A DNA stretch of 64,000 nt from Tubulanus polymorphus (lineage: Eukaryota; Animalia; Nemertea), in assembly GCF_964204645.1 (NCBI RefSeq), contig NC_134027.1:11626485-11690484 (forward strand), read 5' to 3'. Both the position numbers and the translations under genes were made by a program. Positions within the stretch are counted from its first letter, which is position 1. Every line of letters begins with the position of its first letter. Under the pieces are notes generated by a model. The model had not been told where the DNA came from and did no database searches. It saw nothing but the letters and a program-made list of their open reading frames with translations. This document shows positions 52,301 to 62,123 of the stretch, piece after piece.

Positions 52301-52587
52301 GGACTTTATTGGAATTCGCTAAAGAAAATGATGATTCAGTAAGAGCTATAGCTGAAAGGTATGTATTTGAATTTTGCTCTCATAAATGACATGAAATAAA
52401 ATCGGAGATGATCATGCATTCGTTTTCCTTTTTCAGGGGTCAAAAGTTTATTTGGGATCATCTCAGAATGGAAGATGTGTCGTGTTATTGGGAAAAACTA
52501 TTGAAAAGTTACGCAAAATTGTTGAAATTCAAACCAACGAAGAATCCCGAATTTCAACGAATTCTACCAAAGAAAAACCCAAGATAA
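22374..52587 (+). CDS. POGLUT1: Protein O-glucosyltransferase 1 / rumi homolog (GT90, CAP10 domain)
   Basis: Exons 22374-22530 (signal peptide; the ATG at 22398 is an alternative start), 23791-23881, 32494-32643 ([20 protein letters not shown]), 44554-44680 ([27 protein letters not shown]), 47445-47569 ([20 protein letters not shown]), 49958-50117 ([28 protein letters not shown]), 50877-50935 (LEDHCKYK), 51528-51695 ([18 protein letters not shown]), 52302-52358, 52437-52587. All junctions GT-AG and in phase. Confidence 0.96.
22807..23505. mobile_element. Fold-back MITE with long TIRs and TA TSD (Tc1/mariner-like), POGLUT1 intron 1
   Basis: TA|GCGGGCATCCTTATTACCGAGATGACGTATTTTACCGAGAT...ATCTCGGTAAAATACGTCATCTCGGTAATAAGGATGACCGG|TA; internal segments also repeated in inverted orientation. 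Confidence 0.8.
25922..26213. mobile_element. piggyBac-type MITE, copy 3 (POGLUT1 intron 2)
   Basis: TAAA|CCCTTTCAGTGC...GCACTGAAAGGG|TTAA; homologous to the other copies. Confidence 0.85.
26749..26973 (-). mobile_element. L2-clade LINE ORF2 3' fragment (degenerate)
   Basis: [23 protein letters not shown]...SITP matches the L2 consensus SRLDYCNSLL..LQ.VQN.AARL...HITP. Confidence 0.75.
27586..29081 (+). pseudogene. Decayed hAT-superfamily-like transposase (C-terminal part) and right end of the element
   Basis: Consecutive broken + frames (27570-27776, 27851-28309, 28446-28655); [16 protein letters not shown] at ~28337-28384 resembles the hAT dimerization motif (S..ER.FS); terminus GTACGAACCCTG at 29070-29081. 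Confidence 0.65.
29915..30250 (+). repeat. Dispersed repeat, homologous to ~54960-55145
   Basis: Shared AAAAGGGCACATTTAGTCGTCC..CCAAAAG..ACATTTTTAC..GGCAGAT..CTTCAGGATTT..GCCTGGAA..TCTC.ATGCAGT; internal ~120-bp duplication. Confidence 0.7.
31905..32277 (+). mobile_element. Helentron/Helitron-associated (DINE-1/HINE-like) non-autonomous element
   Basis: Starts in a T run, degenerate CTGT/ATGT microsatellite, then GATCGATCTTGATGAAACTTGG and ATGACCTC repeats, ends ...GGCTTG|TT; this layout is typical of HINEs. Confidence 0.5.
32849..33142. mobile_element. piggyBac-type MITE, copy 4 (POGLUT1 intron 3)
   Basis: TTAA|CCCTTTCAG...CTGAAAGGG|TTAA. Confidence 0.88.
33730..41096 (-). CDS. Core-2/I-branching beta-1,6-N-acetylglucosaminyltransferase (GT14, GCNT family), nested antisense in POGLUT1 intron 3
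   Basis: Exons on -: 41096-40361 (N-terminal TM anchor; [41 protein letters not shown]; WIYYINLTG), 36380-36281 ([24 protein letters not shown]), 35046-34820 ([13 protein letters not shown]), 34046-33730 ([25 protein letters not shown]). Phases 1,2,1 are consistent. Orthology to a specific vertebrate GCNT cannot be assigned. Confidence 0.92.
38773..39542. mobile_element. PIF/Harbinger-type MITE
   Basis: TAA|AGGGGTACTCAGGTTGCCCT...AGGGCGACCTGGGTGCCCCT|TTA; internal GCGAC/GTCGC repeats and TGAACATGTTGAA motif. Confidence 0.75.
39856..40144. mobile_element. PIF/Harbinger-type MITE (same family as 7488-8198)
   Basis: TTA|AGGCTGGCTTATGTCGACAAGCAACGC...GCGTTGCTTGTCGACATAAGCCAGCCT|TTA. Confidence 0.88.
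46898..47193. mobile_element. piggyBac-type MITE, copy 5 (POGLUT1 intron 4)
   Basis: TTAA|CCCTTTCAGTGC...GCACTGAAAGGG|TTAA; nearly identical to copy 1 and inverted relative to copies 2-4. Confidence 0.9.
47629..49530 (+). CDS. LINE reverse transcriptase (ORF2 C-terminal part)
   Basis: Motifs [54 protein letters not shown], and a C-terminal C-x2-[10 protein letters not shown] zinc knuckle. Confidence 0.9.
   Translation: MDLICNEMIKNSDDNLRSSFLQLFNIVLMSGIIPESWTIGSIKPIFKNKGNINCTDNYRGITLVSCLGKLFTNILNNRLTCFMKVNQLLSENQAGFRAGYSTTDHLFTFKSIVELYLNQGRGLFCCFVDFRKAFDSVWRIALWKKMMALGIKGLFFNTVHNLYLNFKSCVSFKGDTSNFFPSNIGVRQGASLSPLLFAIFLNDIDKFFNDNNSNSLTFISKLYKKSFEEEIEVLLKLFVLLYADDTILFAESESELQNNLNILYDYCQVNKLFVNIDKTKIMMFARSKQRLKNLPDFLFGDETLERVDEYNYLGILFNWDGKFTKAKKAIHDKAVRAMFAIIQKGRRCNLPPDLLFKLFDCCVAPILLYGCEIWGHENIDILEKVHTRFCKLVLKVPKFCHNTMIYGETGRLPLSTTIKLRMIKYWNKTLNANKSKLNLVMYNFLYDLYRKDLYVSDWICQIKEIIQNCGLNFVWQDQVIDLRSINIIKQSLKDRYIQTWREKLQNSDICVNYRIFKLKYDYENYLSVVPNHFMYSLAEFRIGSRKLDANKFSNVNIDRNERICTYCSLNKIGDEFHFLFECSKLYNIRRVFLTPFYVNRPNTFKMSQLFNAVNNNILIKLARFVNAGLKLLK
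47629..49698 (+). mobile_element. 5'-truncated non-LTR retrotransposon (RTE-X-like) in POGLUT1 intron 5
   Basis: Uninterrupted 633-aa ORF, 3' UTR, AATAAA and (TAAACC)n tail ending ~49698; no endonuclease domain. Confidence 0.9.
51869..51977. mobile_element. Short palindromic MITE nested in a Tc1/mariner-like MITE (from ~51718); relative at ~9741-9832
   Basis: GGGTCCAATTCCACAGT..GAGTTAG...CTAACTCAC..ACTGTGGAACTGGGTC inverted ends. Confidence 0.6.
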
Positions 52588-54219
52588 CACAGTCGATAAT
52601 TAGATTTTCCCACATTTCATCAACTTCATTGTCAACTATCAATCAAATCTCTGTCTTCCTTAGCTAGGGATCCACAGTGACTTGTGAGAATTTTACAAGT
52701 CTGTTAAATCTTATTTTGTCAACAAAGCGCATTAGTACAGCTAACAGTTGTATTTTTCGAAGAAAGTCCTGTTACGAAAATAATGTGATTAACACCAGTT
52801 TCGTCGTATTCTAACTTCAGGACCTGATTAACAGATTTGTGACTTAAGTCAGATGTGTAAATGAACGATAATTTGTTGTTACAATGAGAATTCTACGCGA
52901 TAATCAGTGTCCAAAAAATGCTAGATGTAAACGCTAAGGTTTATGATTGGATTTTCATCTTTCATCATTTTCGTTATGATGTTGTTAAAGACTACTGCTG
53001 TTCCGAGGTCAATTCTTATACAGTAGACTCTGCTAAGTCGGATGTTCTGGCACTGTGAAAATGTGTCCGACTTGAGCCATATCCGTGTTGATATATGTTC
53101 ATGTCAACGAATATCTGAGCTCAAGGAGTCTTCTGTAATTACAATTTATATATATTACAAATGTAATTTGTTTTTGTATATTTATGTGTATATGTGCCTG
53201 ACATATTAGTGAATAAAGTGAATGTATACTTTTATCAATTCAAAAAAATATTTTGACTTTGTGAATTGTTCCTTCATTAATGGCTAGGATTGACATTAGT
53301 TATTTCAGTTCTTAAGATAGTTCATATCATGGAATTCCATTCACAGCCAATCAAAACCGTAAAAAGGCTTATACGAAAAGACTATACATGGTTTCTCAAA
53401 AGATGAGTTGCCAAAGAAAATTATTCATTGACTATGATTTTAATCAATTTTTGGGGGGTAAAGTTGGACCTGGAGGATGAAATAATGGAATGGAACGCAA
53501 TGGTAAGTCATGCATGATCGAGCACTAGCGTGTTGTTGGACACGCATGGAAATTGTTCCATTTCGCACGTTTATTGTTAAATGATCGGCTGCCATTTGAG
53601 ACATTGATTCAAAATCACCGGATCTCACTCCTTGTGAGATTTTCCTGTGAACCAGCAAAATCGGTAACAGACTTTTGAAATATAGAATCTGATGAGTCAA
53701 AAATCTGAGGGAAATGAGACGTCGAGCTGAACTGTGCAAAAAATGGTTACGATATTGAATACGTTCTGTAGCAGCTTCAATAAAGAGGACCGCACAACAA
53801 TTTTATAATTTTATTAATGACAAATCTGTCTCAGTTGATTTGTTTGATTGCCGTTTAATTGTCATGGCTCAAACGGCAGCTTGTCGCGCATCAATAAATG
53901 TACACACTAGTACATGAATCCTCTCGTTTTGATTTCACTCTATTTTTATGTGTAGGCCTATTCAAAAACATGCCATAGTGCTCAGCCGTATCCCCCCCAA
54001 AAAAAACATCAATTACAATTGTAGTTGAAACATAAAGCTTCGGTAAAATATTTTCTGGGACACCCACTCCCGACAGCCTAGCGGATAAACACGAAACAGA
54101 AATGCGTCTGACTACTCTTCTCCAAAACACGAAACACTGTTTTCGGGAGACTGTTTTGAAGCGATGTAGCAATTTCACCACTTACTATTTTGCGACCGTT
54201 ACTACCTCGACACCTCTTA

Positions 54220-54937
54220 AGCCGGGCGTAGGTCGGCCTTGCGACGGGTTGCGACTGCCAGCGACGCCAGTCGCAATGAGTCGCACATGTTCTACTTTCT
54301 GCGACGCGTCGGTCGCAACCAATCTACGCGCTCTTGCGACTGGGAGCAACTAGTCGCACACAGTCGCTGACAATCGCGTCGCAACCGACTAAAGCCTGGC
54401 GCACACGGGCGACAGTTTCGAGCAATTTTCGAGCAACCGCCGAATTGCTCGGCGTCGAACGAAAAAATCGCTCGTCTGCGGCAAGGGGCGACAGCGATTG
54501 CTCGTTGTCGAAAGGAATTGCTCCGTGTCGCCCAATATCAAACATGTTTGATATTGGGCGACGGAAAATTGCTTGTCGCCGAGAAATTGCTCGGCGATCG
54601 CTCGGGAGTTGCCCGTGTGCGGTAGCTAGAGACACCAAGCGACAAGCGACTCATCAACTAGCCAATGAGAGAGCGAATAATTATCATGTGATACTTCCAA
54701 ATACGGCATCACCCGGGTTAGTAGCGTGGCCATCTTGACAAGTCACATGATAAAAATGTTTGGCGCGAAAGATAATCGCCTCTCCGTCGCCAGTGGTCGC
54801 ATACGGGCGACACCTAGCGATCGATTGCTCATCGGTTGCTTAGAAATCGGTCGCAGCAACCGGCGACTAAAGATTGCCTCGTGTGCTTTACGCCCCCACT
54901 TGTGACGCAAGTCGCGTCGCAAGGCCGACCTACGCCC
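54220..54937. mobile_element. Harbinger-type MITE with a second MITE (~54393-54627) nested inside
   Basis: Outer TIRs GGGCGTAGGTCGGCCTTGCGAC / GTCGCAAGGCCGACCTACGCCC; inner GCACACGGGC...GCCCGTGTGC with a central TCAAACATGTTTGA palindrome. Confidence 0.75.
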
Positions 54938-55403
54938 ACACGTGCTACCATCGCAAAAAATTGCATGCCTTTTTTATTTCATCCCCAAAATAAAAAAGGG
55001 CACATTTAGTCGTCCCTATCAATCCCAAAAGTAGGAAATGGTACATTTTTACGAGGCAGATCATTTTCAACAAAAGGCACGCCATCTTCAGGATTTCATC
55101 TGCCTGGAAACTATATCTCCATGCAGTAAATGTTTTAGAAAGCCACTTGGCACCGGCTACTTGCTACCCTCAACAGTGGTCCCTTGTTTGTATCATGAAA
55201 ATTGGACAGCTAGGTGACTGAAAAAAATGACAGAAACAAGAATGTAGGCTTCTCGTGTACAGGGCAGATCCAGAGGCCAATTTTGAAGGATCTTCCACAT
55301 CCAAAATGGACACTGATGTCCAAAATATCAGGTAGACTGTAGTTGCATGAAACACGCTAAGCCGTGCACACTGTAGATAATCGAAGAAGTCCCACAATTC
55401 GAA

Positions 55404-55745
55404 TTGTACGATATAATTTATTAAAACGAAACCACTACTTTTCGGCTGTTGACTAAGCCATCATCAGGTGGAATGAACAGCATATATAAAGTAAAACCTA
55501 CACGACATAAACAATAGCTATGTGTCAAAACAAGCAGTACACCTACCGTAATAGAAAACAACCAGGTTTGTTTATGTCGTGTGAGTTTTACTATATATGC
55601 TAGGTTATCTCTGTTTCTGGTCAATCCACCTGATGATGGCTGTTAGTCAACAGCCAAAGCGTTGTGGTTTCATTTTAATGAATTATATCGTATAGAATAT
55701 CGTATAGACTACCGCACTGAAATGCACCATTAATCTTTGTTGTCA
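55404..55745. mobile_element. Second fold-back Penelope-like remnant with inverted hammerhead motifs
   Basis: Inverted arms ~55404-55515 and ~55568-55695. On +: CCAC-CTGATGA-T-GGCTGTT-agtc-AACAGCC-aAAG-CG-TT-GTGG (55626-55667). On -: CCAC-CTGATGA-TGGCT..AGCC-GAAA-AG-TA-GTGG (55471-55432). About 45-nt unpaired tail on the right. Confidence 0.62.
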
Positions 55746-56806
55746 AATTAGAAAAGGACACTCAATCATTTGATGGACTCCCGCAAGTCTCAGGTCCCCC
55801 TGGATCCGCCCCTGGTACATGTTGTCAGCTCACAAGGGAAACGTTAAGTCATATGACTTACAATATTCTATGCAAATAAAGTTCATTATTATTGTATAGG
55901 ACGAACTACAGCTTAGGCCAAGTTGTATCTGCGCCTGAGATCAGTTACATATGTTGAATAAAAACAACGCGTTGTCGATCGCTATGTTGTATGTTACACG
56001 AAACCAGATTAATTAATAGGGAGTCACATATTTTACCTTATTAACAATCGACCAATTTGTTTACGACGGCGCATCTCCGGGTCTAGTTTTCATTGTTCTG
56101 CACATGTTAGTAATAAATTTCTACCTATCATTTAGGATTTATTTTCAAACGACCTGGGGAGGAAACAAAGGGGTATTTACGAAATGAAATACGCCACGAG
56201 AAAGTATCATACAATCGGGTTGGTAATGTAGATGTATCGAAAAGTTTAACGAAAAACAAGATTGAGCGATGAACTTTGAGACAGTCAATAAAAAAAGAAT
56301 CTTTACTTCAAATACTGAAACACATGAACCATCACATTTCCAAGGTACGTTTGAGTGAAGAAAAGTGATAAAATGGATCGAAACGCGCATATAATTCATA
56401 AAAACAAAATCATACATGCAAACACAATAGATATACTAAGCACACTCTTATGATTTTGATTCGTCCCGTTTGTAGCCTTACTTTTCCGCCCAGGCCTGCA
56501 GCTGACACTCACACACATCACGTCCATCATTATCAGTGTTGTATTATCGAGCGATTAAAAGTGCAAGGAAAATAAGGTACGCTTCGTTTATTTTCATATT
56601 CATGTTCAAAATTCATAACATTTTTGTCTATCAAATAATTTAAACATATTATATACAGTGTATAATTCGTTGTAGTTTTGCCATTTGTTACTTCTATCAA
56701 CAGTTCGAAAAATATTTTCATTCCGATTCTTTGTATCTGCATTATTCACTAGTGTTACTCAGTTATGGTTAATTAATGTTTAGATTGCAAGCGGTCATCA
56801 CCCATC

Positions 56807-58063
56807 ATGTCTGAAAACGCCAAAAGTGGAACTAAAGATAAAGCCTCTAAAGAAACAACGCGCCCAAAGACGTCTACTGGCTTAGCTGAAGCTGTAGCTA
56901 GTACAGAAGAGACAACAGTATATACAGCTGAACATGTAGCAACATCACCACCTTCAACAGCATCGACATCTACTGGTATTGCTGAATCTGAAACAACAGA
57001 AACACCAGCATCTACTGGTAATGCTGAATCTGTTGCCATTTCAGGAGTTACACCAGCATCTACTAGTACCACCGAACCTGTGGCAACTTCAGGAGAAAGG
57101 TCGGTATCTACCGGCGCTGCTGGATCCGTAGCAACTGAAAAAACACCGGCATCTAATAATATTGCAGAATCTGTAGCAAATACAGGGAAATCACCGGCAT
57201 CTACTGGTACTACTGAACCGGTAGCAATTTTAGGAAAAACACCGGCATCTACTGACGCTGCTGAACCTGTAGCAATAACAGGAAAAGCACCGGCATCTAC
57301 TGAAGTTGCCGAACCTGTAGCCACTTCAGGAGAAACACCGGTATCTACTGAAGCTGCCGAACCTGTTGCCACTTCAGGAGAAACACCGGTATCTACTGAA
57401 GCTGCTGAACCTGTTGCCACTTCAGGAGAAACACCGGCATCTACTGACGCTGCCGAACCTGTTGCCACTTCAGGAGAAACACCGGCATCTACTGACGCTG
57501 CCGAACCTGTAGCCACTTCAGGAGAAACACCGGCATCTACTGACGCTATCGAACCTGTAACCACTTCAGGAGAAACACCGGCATCTACTGACGCTATCGA
57601 ACCTGTAACCACTTCAGGAGAAACACCGGTATCTACTGACGCTATCGAACCTGTAACCACTTCAGGAGAAACACCGGCATATACTGAAGCTGCTGAACCT
57701 GTAGCCACTTCAGGAGAAACACCGGCATTTGCTGGCGCTGCTGAACCTGTAGCTTCTTCAGGAGAAACACCGGCATCTACTGAAACTGCCGAACCTGTTG
57801 CCACTTCAGGAGAAACACCGGTATCTACTGAAGCTGCCGAACCTGTTGCCACTTCAGGAGAAACACCGGCATCTACTGAAGCTGCCGAACCTGTTGCCAC
57901 TTCAGGAGAAACACCGTCTACTGCATCTACTGTCGCTGCTGAGCCGGTTGCCAATTTAGGAGAAATTCCGGCATCTGCGGAACCGGTAGCAAAACTTGCA
58001 CCTACTAGTGCTGAACCTATAACTGCTTCAGGAGACAAACCATCATCTGCTGATACTGCTTAA
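56807..58063 (+). CDS. Acidic A/E/T/S/P/G-rich tandem-repeat (mucin-like, disordered) protein; possible upstream exon 56269-56344
   Basis: 418-aa ORF of 16-aa repeats GETPASTEAAEPVATS. The acceptor TTTAG at 56783 and donor CAAG|GTACGT at 56344 join in frame (MNFETVNKKR..HFQ-D-CKRSSPIMSEN). No signal peptide seen; coding status unproven. Confidence 0.5.
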   Translation: MSENAKSGTKDKASKETTRPKTSTGLAEAVASTEETTVYTAEHVATSPPSTASTSTGIAESETTETPASTGNAESVAISGVTPASTSTTEPVATSGERSVSTGAAGSVATEKTPASNNIAESVANTGKSPASTGTTEPVAILGKTPASTDAAEPVAITGKAPASTEVAEPVATSGETPVSTEAAEPVATSGETPVSTEAAEPVATSGETPASTDAAEPVATSGETPASTDAAEPVATSGETPASTDAIEPVTTSGETPASTDAIEPVTTSGETPVSTDAIEPVTTSGETPAYTEAAEPVATSGETPAFAGAAEPVASSGETPASTETAEPVATSGETPVSTEAAEPVATSGETPASTEAAEPVATSGETPSTASTVAAEPVANLGEIPASAEPVAKLAPTSAEPITASGDKPSSADTA

Positions 58064-58075
58064 CCGGCGACCACC
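56990..58075 (+). repeat. 48-bp coding-type minisatellite (about 20 units)
   Basis: Unit ~GGAGAAACACCGGCATCTACTGAAGCTGCCGAACCTGTTGCCACTTCA; homogeneous in the centre, degenerate at the edges; related units again at ~58938-59140. Confidence 0.95.
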
Positions 58076-61000
58076 TCTCAAAAGGGAAACATCTTACCGC
58101 TTTAACATGAAGCCTGAAAGTCAGTTACACACATCGATAAAAACATATGTGATGTTAATTTTTGTATATATCTGTTTGGCCGGTCGGGATATTGTAACAC
58201 TGTGATATAAAATGTGATATTTATATGCATGAGGGCAACTGAAATAACGTATATGATAGAAACTTTTTCAATACCAACAATACGAAAATACGAAATAGTT
58301 CTAATAGCTTATTATCAATGTAATTTAACCAATGTTTCTTCATAAAGATATCTTTAAATTAGAACTCGTATTTAGATGAGGGCTCAAAACCGTGTCACGT
58401 GTCAACTTTTATGGAGAAAGACGAGTTAGATATTTGACTTGTGCAAAAATTCACAAAATTTCCGTACTAGAGGGAAAATGGATGGGGAAGTTTCTAATTC
58501 CTTCTTAAACATGTCGGTATTCCTGTCGAGAACCGTACTAGAAATGATCGTCAATGTCCGACTGCTTTTAAGGCTAGGTCGGTCATCTTTGGACTTCTTT
58601 ATTAGCGAGGTAACGGGAAGATGAAATTTCAACCCCTAAAGAAAACTGCGAATCTTCTTCCCTGTTCCGGTATTTCAATTCTAAAATGTTCACTTTTAGC
58701 CCCTGTAGTATACACATTAGTGTATAATACATTAATCTTTTAGGTTTGCAGATGTTGTTTTGAGAGTGACCCAAGCCAACAGATGGTTGTATAAATGTGC
58801 ATTGAATGTGTATGCAGAGTAGATTATGGGTGTTCTGAATGTTCTTTTATTTTATTAATGCCAGTTACGAAATTGTCTGGTGTATTTTGTCTTTTGGTTT
58901 CCATAATCAGATTAACGAAGGTCGCACCTTTCTCTCTGGAAAAACCGGCATCTACTGATACTGCAGAACATAAAGCAACATCAGAAGAAATACCAGCATC
59001 TACTGACTTTGCCGAACCTGTAGTAACTGCAGGAAAAACACCGGCATCTACTGTCGCTGCTGAACTTTTAGCAACTGAAGCTGCTGAACATATAGCCACT
59101 TCAGGAAAAGCACTAGCATCTGCCGAACCTATAGCAACTTCCATAAGATTTTCATGTATTGTTAAAACGAGGGAGGTCACAAAAAATGCAATTTCTATTG
59201 TCGATTGTAGGTCTTTAAACAGCCTTTCAGTGGAATAAAAAGGCATGGTAAGAATAGAAAGTCAATCTAATAAACACTCTAGTCGGTGCCATCTGGCGAC
59301 AACCCCCACGTAAAAACCATCAAACTGAAAAAACTCTTACGTAATTTTGACTAATGTATTTGCTATAATCGCCATTTAGCAATGCCATTATATATACATA
59401 TATCATAACATAACTTTATACAGCCTAACAAGAATTCACAGAGATGAATTTTTGAGCCTTTGTACGCTACATAATGGCTAGCTATACCACATAATGTGGC
59501 TAGCTATGTATTAATGGCTAGCTATACCACAGCTTATCACATTATATCCAGAAATAGCCACAGATCAAGAAGTTTCACTTCTCTCATACCCACAATAACA
59601 GAAATAATCATTCAGTGCCGATCGCCGAGCGTTTGATATGATGCAAACGTGAAAATAGAAAAATAACAATATCCGTATCTTAAACGCACATTATTTTATT
59701 TTCATACCACGTTAAAACGAACCTAGATAGATGATTGTGGGTTTTCACAGAGCTTTCGAAATAAGGAATGACAGTTACCGCTTGGATATATCTATACAAA
59801 ACACTCAGTAGTCTTCTTTCGAAAAAGTAATTATACTTTCTGCAAACCTAAAAGTTAAACATAAATTGCATTTCATAGAAATGCCGTATTTCTCTTTGTA
59901 CATTGTAGTACTACTTATCTCTAGCAAAGAGGGCTGCCGATCTCCTATCATAGATGAAAATTATATAAACACAACATGCATACCGCTAACAGTGAAACAA
60001 CTAATACCGATCGACGCCATGAAATTGACGATGTGATGTGTGAGTTCCGACGACAGCCATCTTTGTTAGAACTTAGATCATTTTACGATATTCTAAATAA
60101 TGTACTACCGATAACTGAAACTAACAACGTAAATAATCTATCCAATTAACAAACATTGCACAAAATACGACTAGCAGTACAATCAATAGGACTCCCAACA
60201 TGTACAATCGAGTAAGAATATGAGTTGTCGACATTTATCTGTCATACATCCTTCACCAAAATGTTAGGTAAAGTGAACCCTGTAACATCAAACTTCAGGG
60301 GACCAGAAAATCTGTTTGTTAAAACCAATAGTTTGTTATATCCAGTATGAAAATAATCAAATTCTCTTACTTGGGACACAATCTTAGATTTGTTATATCC
60401 GATGAATCGTTATATCTAAGTTTGTTACAACGAGGTTCCATTGTAGTATGAAGTCGAACAAACTGTCTTCTTTGGGATAAATATCTAAATTTGTTGTATC
60501 CGATACATAATCATGTTTAAGAAGTTTGTTATAACAGGTTTCGCTGTAGCTCTCTGACAGTTTGCAATGATTAAGCAAGGACATCCTGCTTACTTTGTAC
60601 AGCTTCAAGTGCTTTCACTATATAATCATTACAAACATAAGCAGCGTTCACATGAGATTCTGAGCTTAGGAAGAACTGTAGTTGTGGTGGCAAATTTGCC
60701 AAAATACCGCACTTAAAGAATCAGTCGCGTTTACACTTGATTCTATGATGAGGGGAGTTTTTTCAAAGATGCGAACACACTACAAATTAAGGACCATGTG
60801 TCCAGGTACGGGTAGGATCAGCCGAGTACATTTTAGTTTTCAGCACAAACATCGATTTTTTCCTAGGATTTTCAATAACGTATAGACCTTACTCACATAC
60901 GTCACACGCATTGTTCGTCACGTGAAGAAGGCCTATAAATATGAAATCATGGTGCACTGTGTAGTATTGAAGCATGTTCAACTTAGATGATATACATGGT

Positions 61001-62000
61001 AATGGGTTTTCCCCATGACTCACTAGCACATGGCAGAACAATCAATACTATGTTCTTAATGTATGTTCATGATAATGACGTCACCGGGAAAACCCTTCAG
61101 CGTCAAACATTGAAATTGGACACTGAAGGGCTTTCCCAGTGATGTCATTATGAAGAAACAAGGTCAAGCATTGATTAGTAGAATGGGGAAATTTTTCTCA
61201 TTTTTGCCCAGTACCTCCAAATGGCTTAGAGCTGATAGACGAAACTTCCCATATTAATTCCAACAACTATCTCCTAATGACAATATTTCAGCTGGGTATA
61301 TCATGTGGTTTCAATTCGTGCCACCAAAAGCTAACAGAAAGTTATTTTCAGAACCATTCCATAGGGATCACCCCAGTTGATGCTGAAAATAGACAGCCAT
61401 CTCAGTACTGTACCGGGATACGGTTTTCAGTGTGAAATCACTTTCCACACTTGCTAAGCCCAATATTTTTGTACAGTTCTGAGTAAGTCGCGAATAGTCT
61501 TAGCACCGTACTGAAATCCTTGTGTGAACACTGCTATAGACTGTACGTCGTATGACAACTCAAAATATTGATTTTTGAATACGAGGTGATGTGGCATCAA
61601 TAACCACATTTTAACTGACTTTTATTCTTACTTAATCTATCAAGACTCATGCATTACTAACATACAAGGCCAAGATGGACATTTCAACAAATGATGAAGT
61701 CAATGGAAAACTGATATTGTTATGGTCAATGATAGATCTCTATCGTCTCTTATATGTACATTTTATTTTTGCTTATAATGATGTTTTATTCTCCTGAGAT
61801 CGTTAAAACAATCACGAAATCTCAAATATGCCAACACAGAAAACTAAATATTGGGTATTTTCATCTTTTTTTTTATAGAGTATATATACAATATGGCTTC
61901 ACTAAATCAAAACTATATATAATGCTCAAACACATCGTCCATAGATGCATGTACGTTTATCGAGAATGTCAATTCACCAGTCATACTCACAGTGTGGTCC

Positions 62001-62123
<123 letters not shown>

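Noticed and set aside
54102-54738. GC-rich ORFs of 83-134 aa
   Set aside because: They lie within nested palindromic MITEs.
56773-58038. 421-aa antisense ORF over the repeat array
   Set aside because: A by-product of a stop-free 48-bp repeat; the + strand has the supporting in-frame splice sites.
56990-58075. Ice-nucleation-protein-like 16-residue periodicity
   Set aside because: No TxT or GYGS motifs, and two prolines per unit argue against a beta-solenoid.
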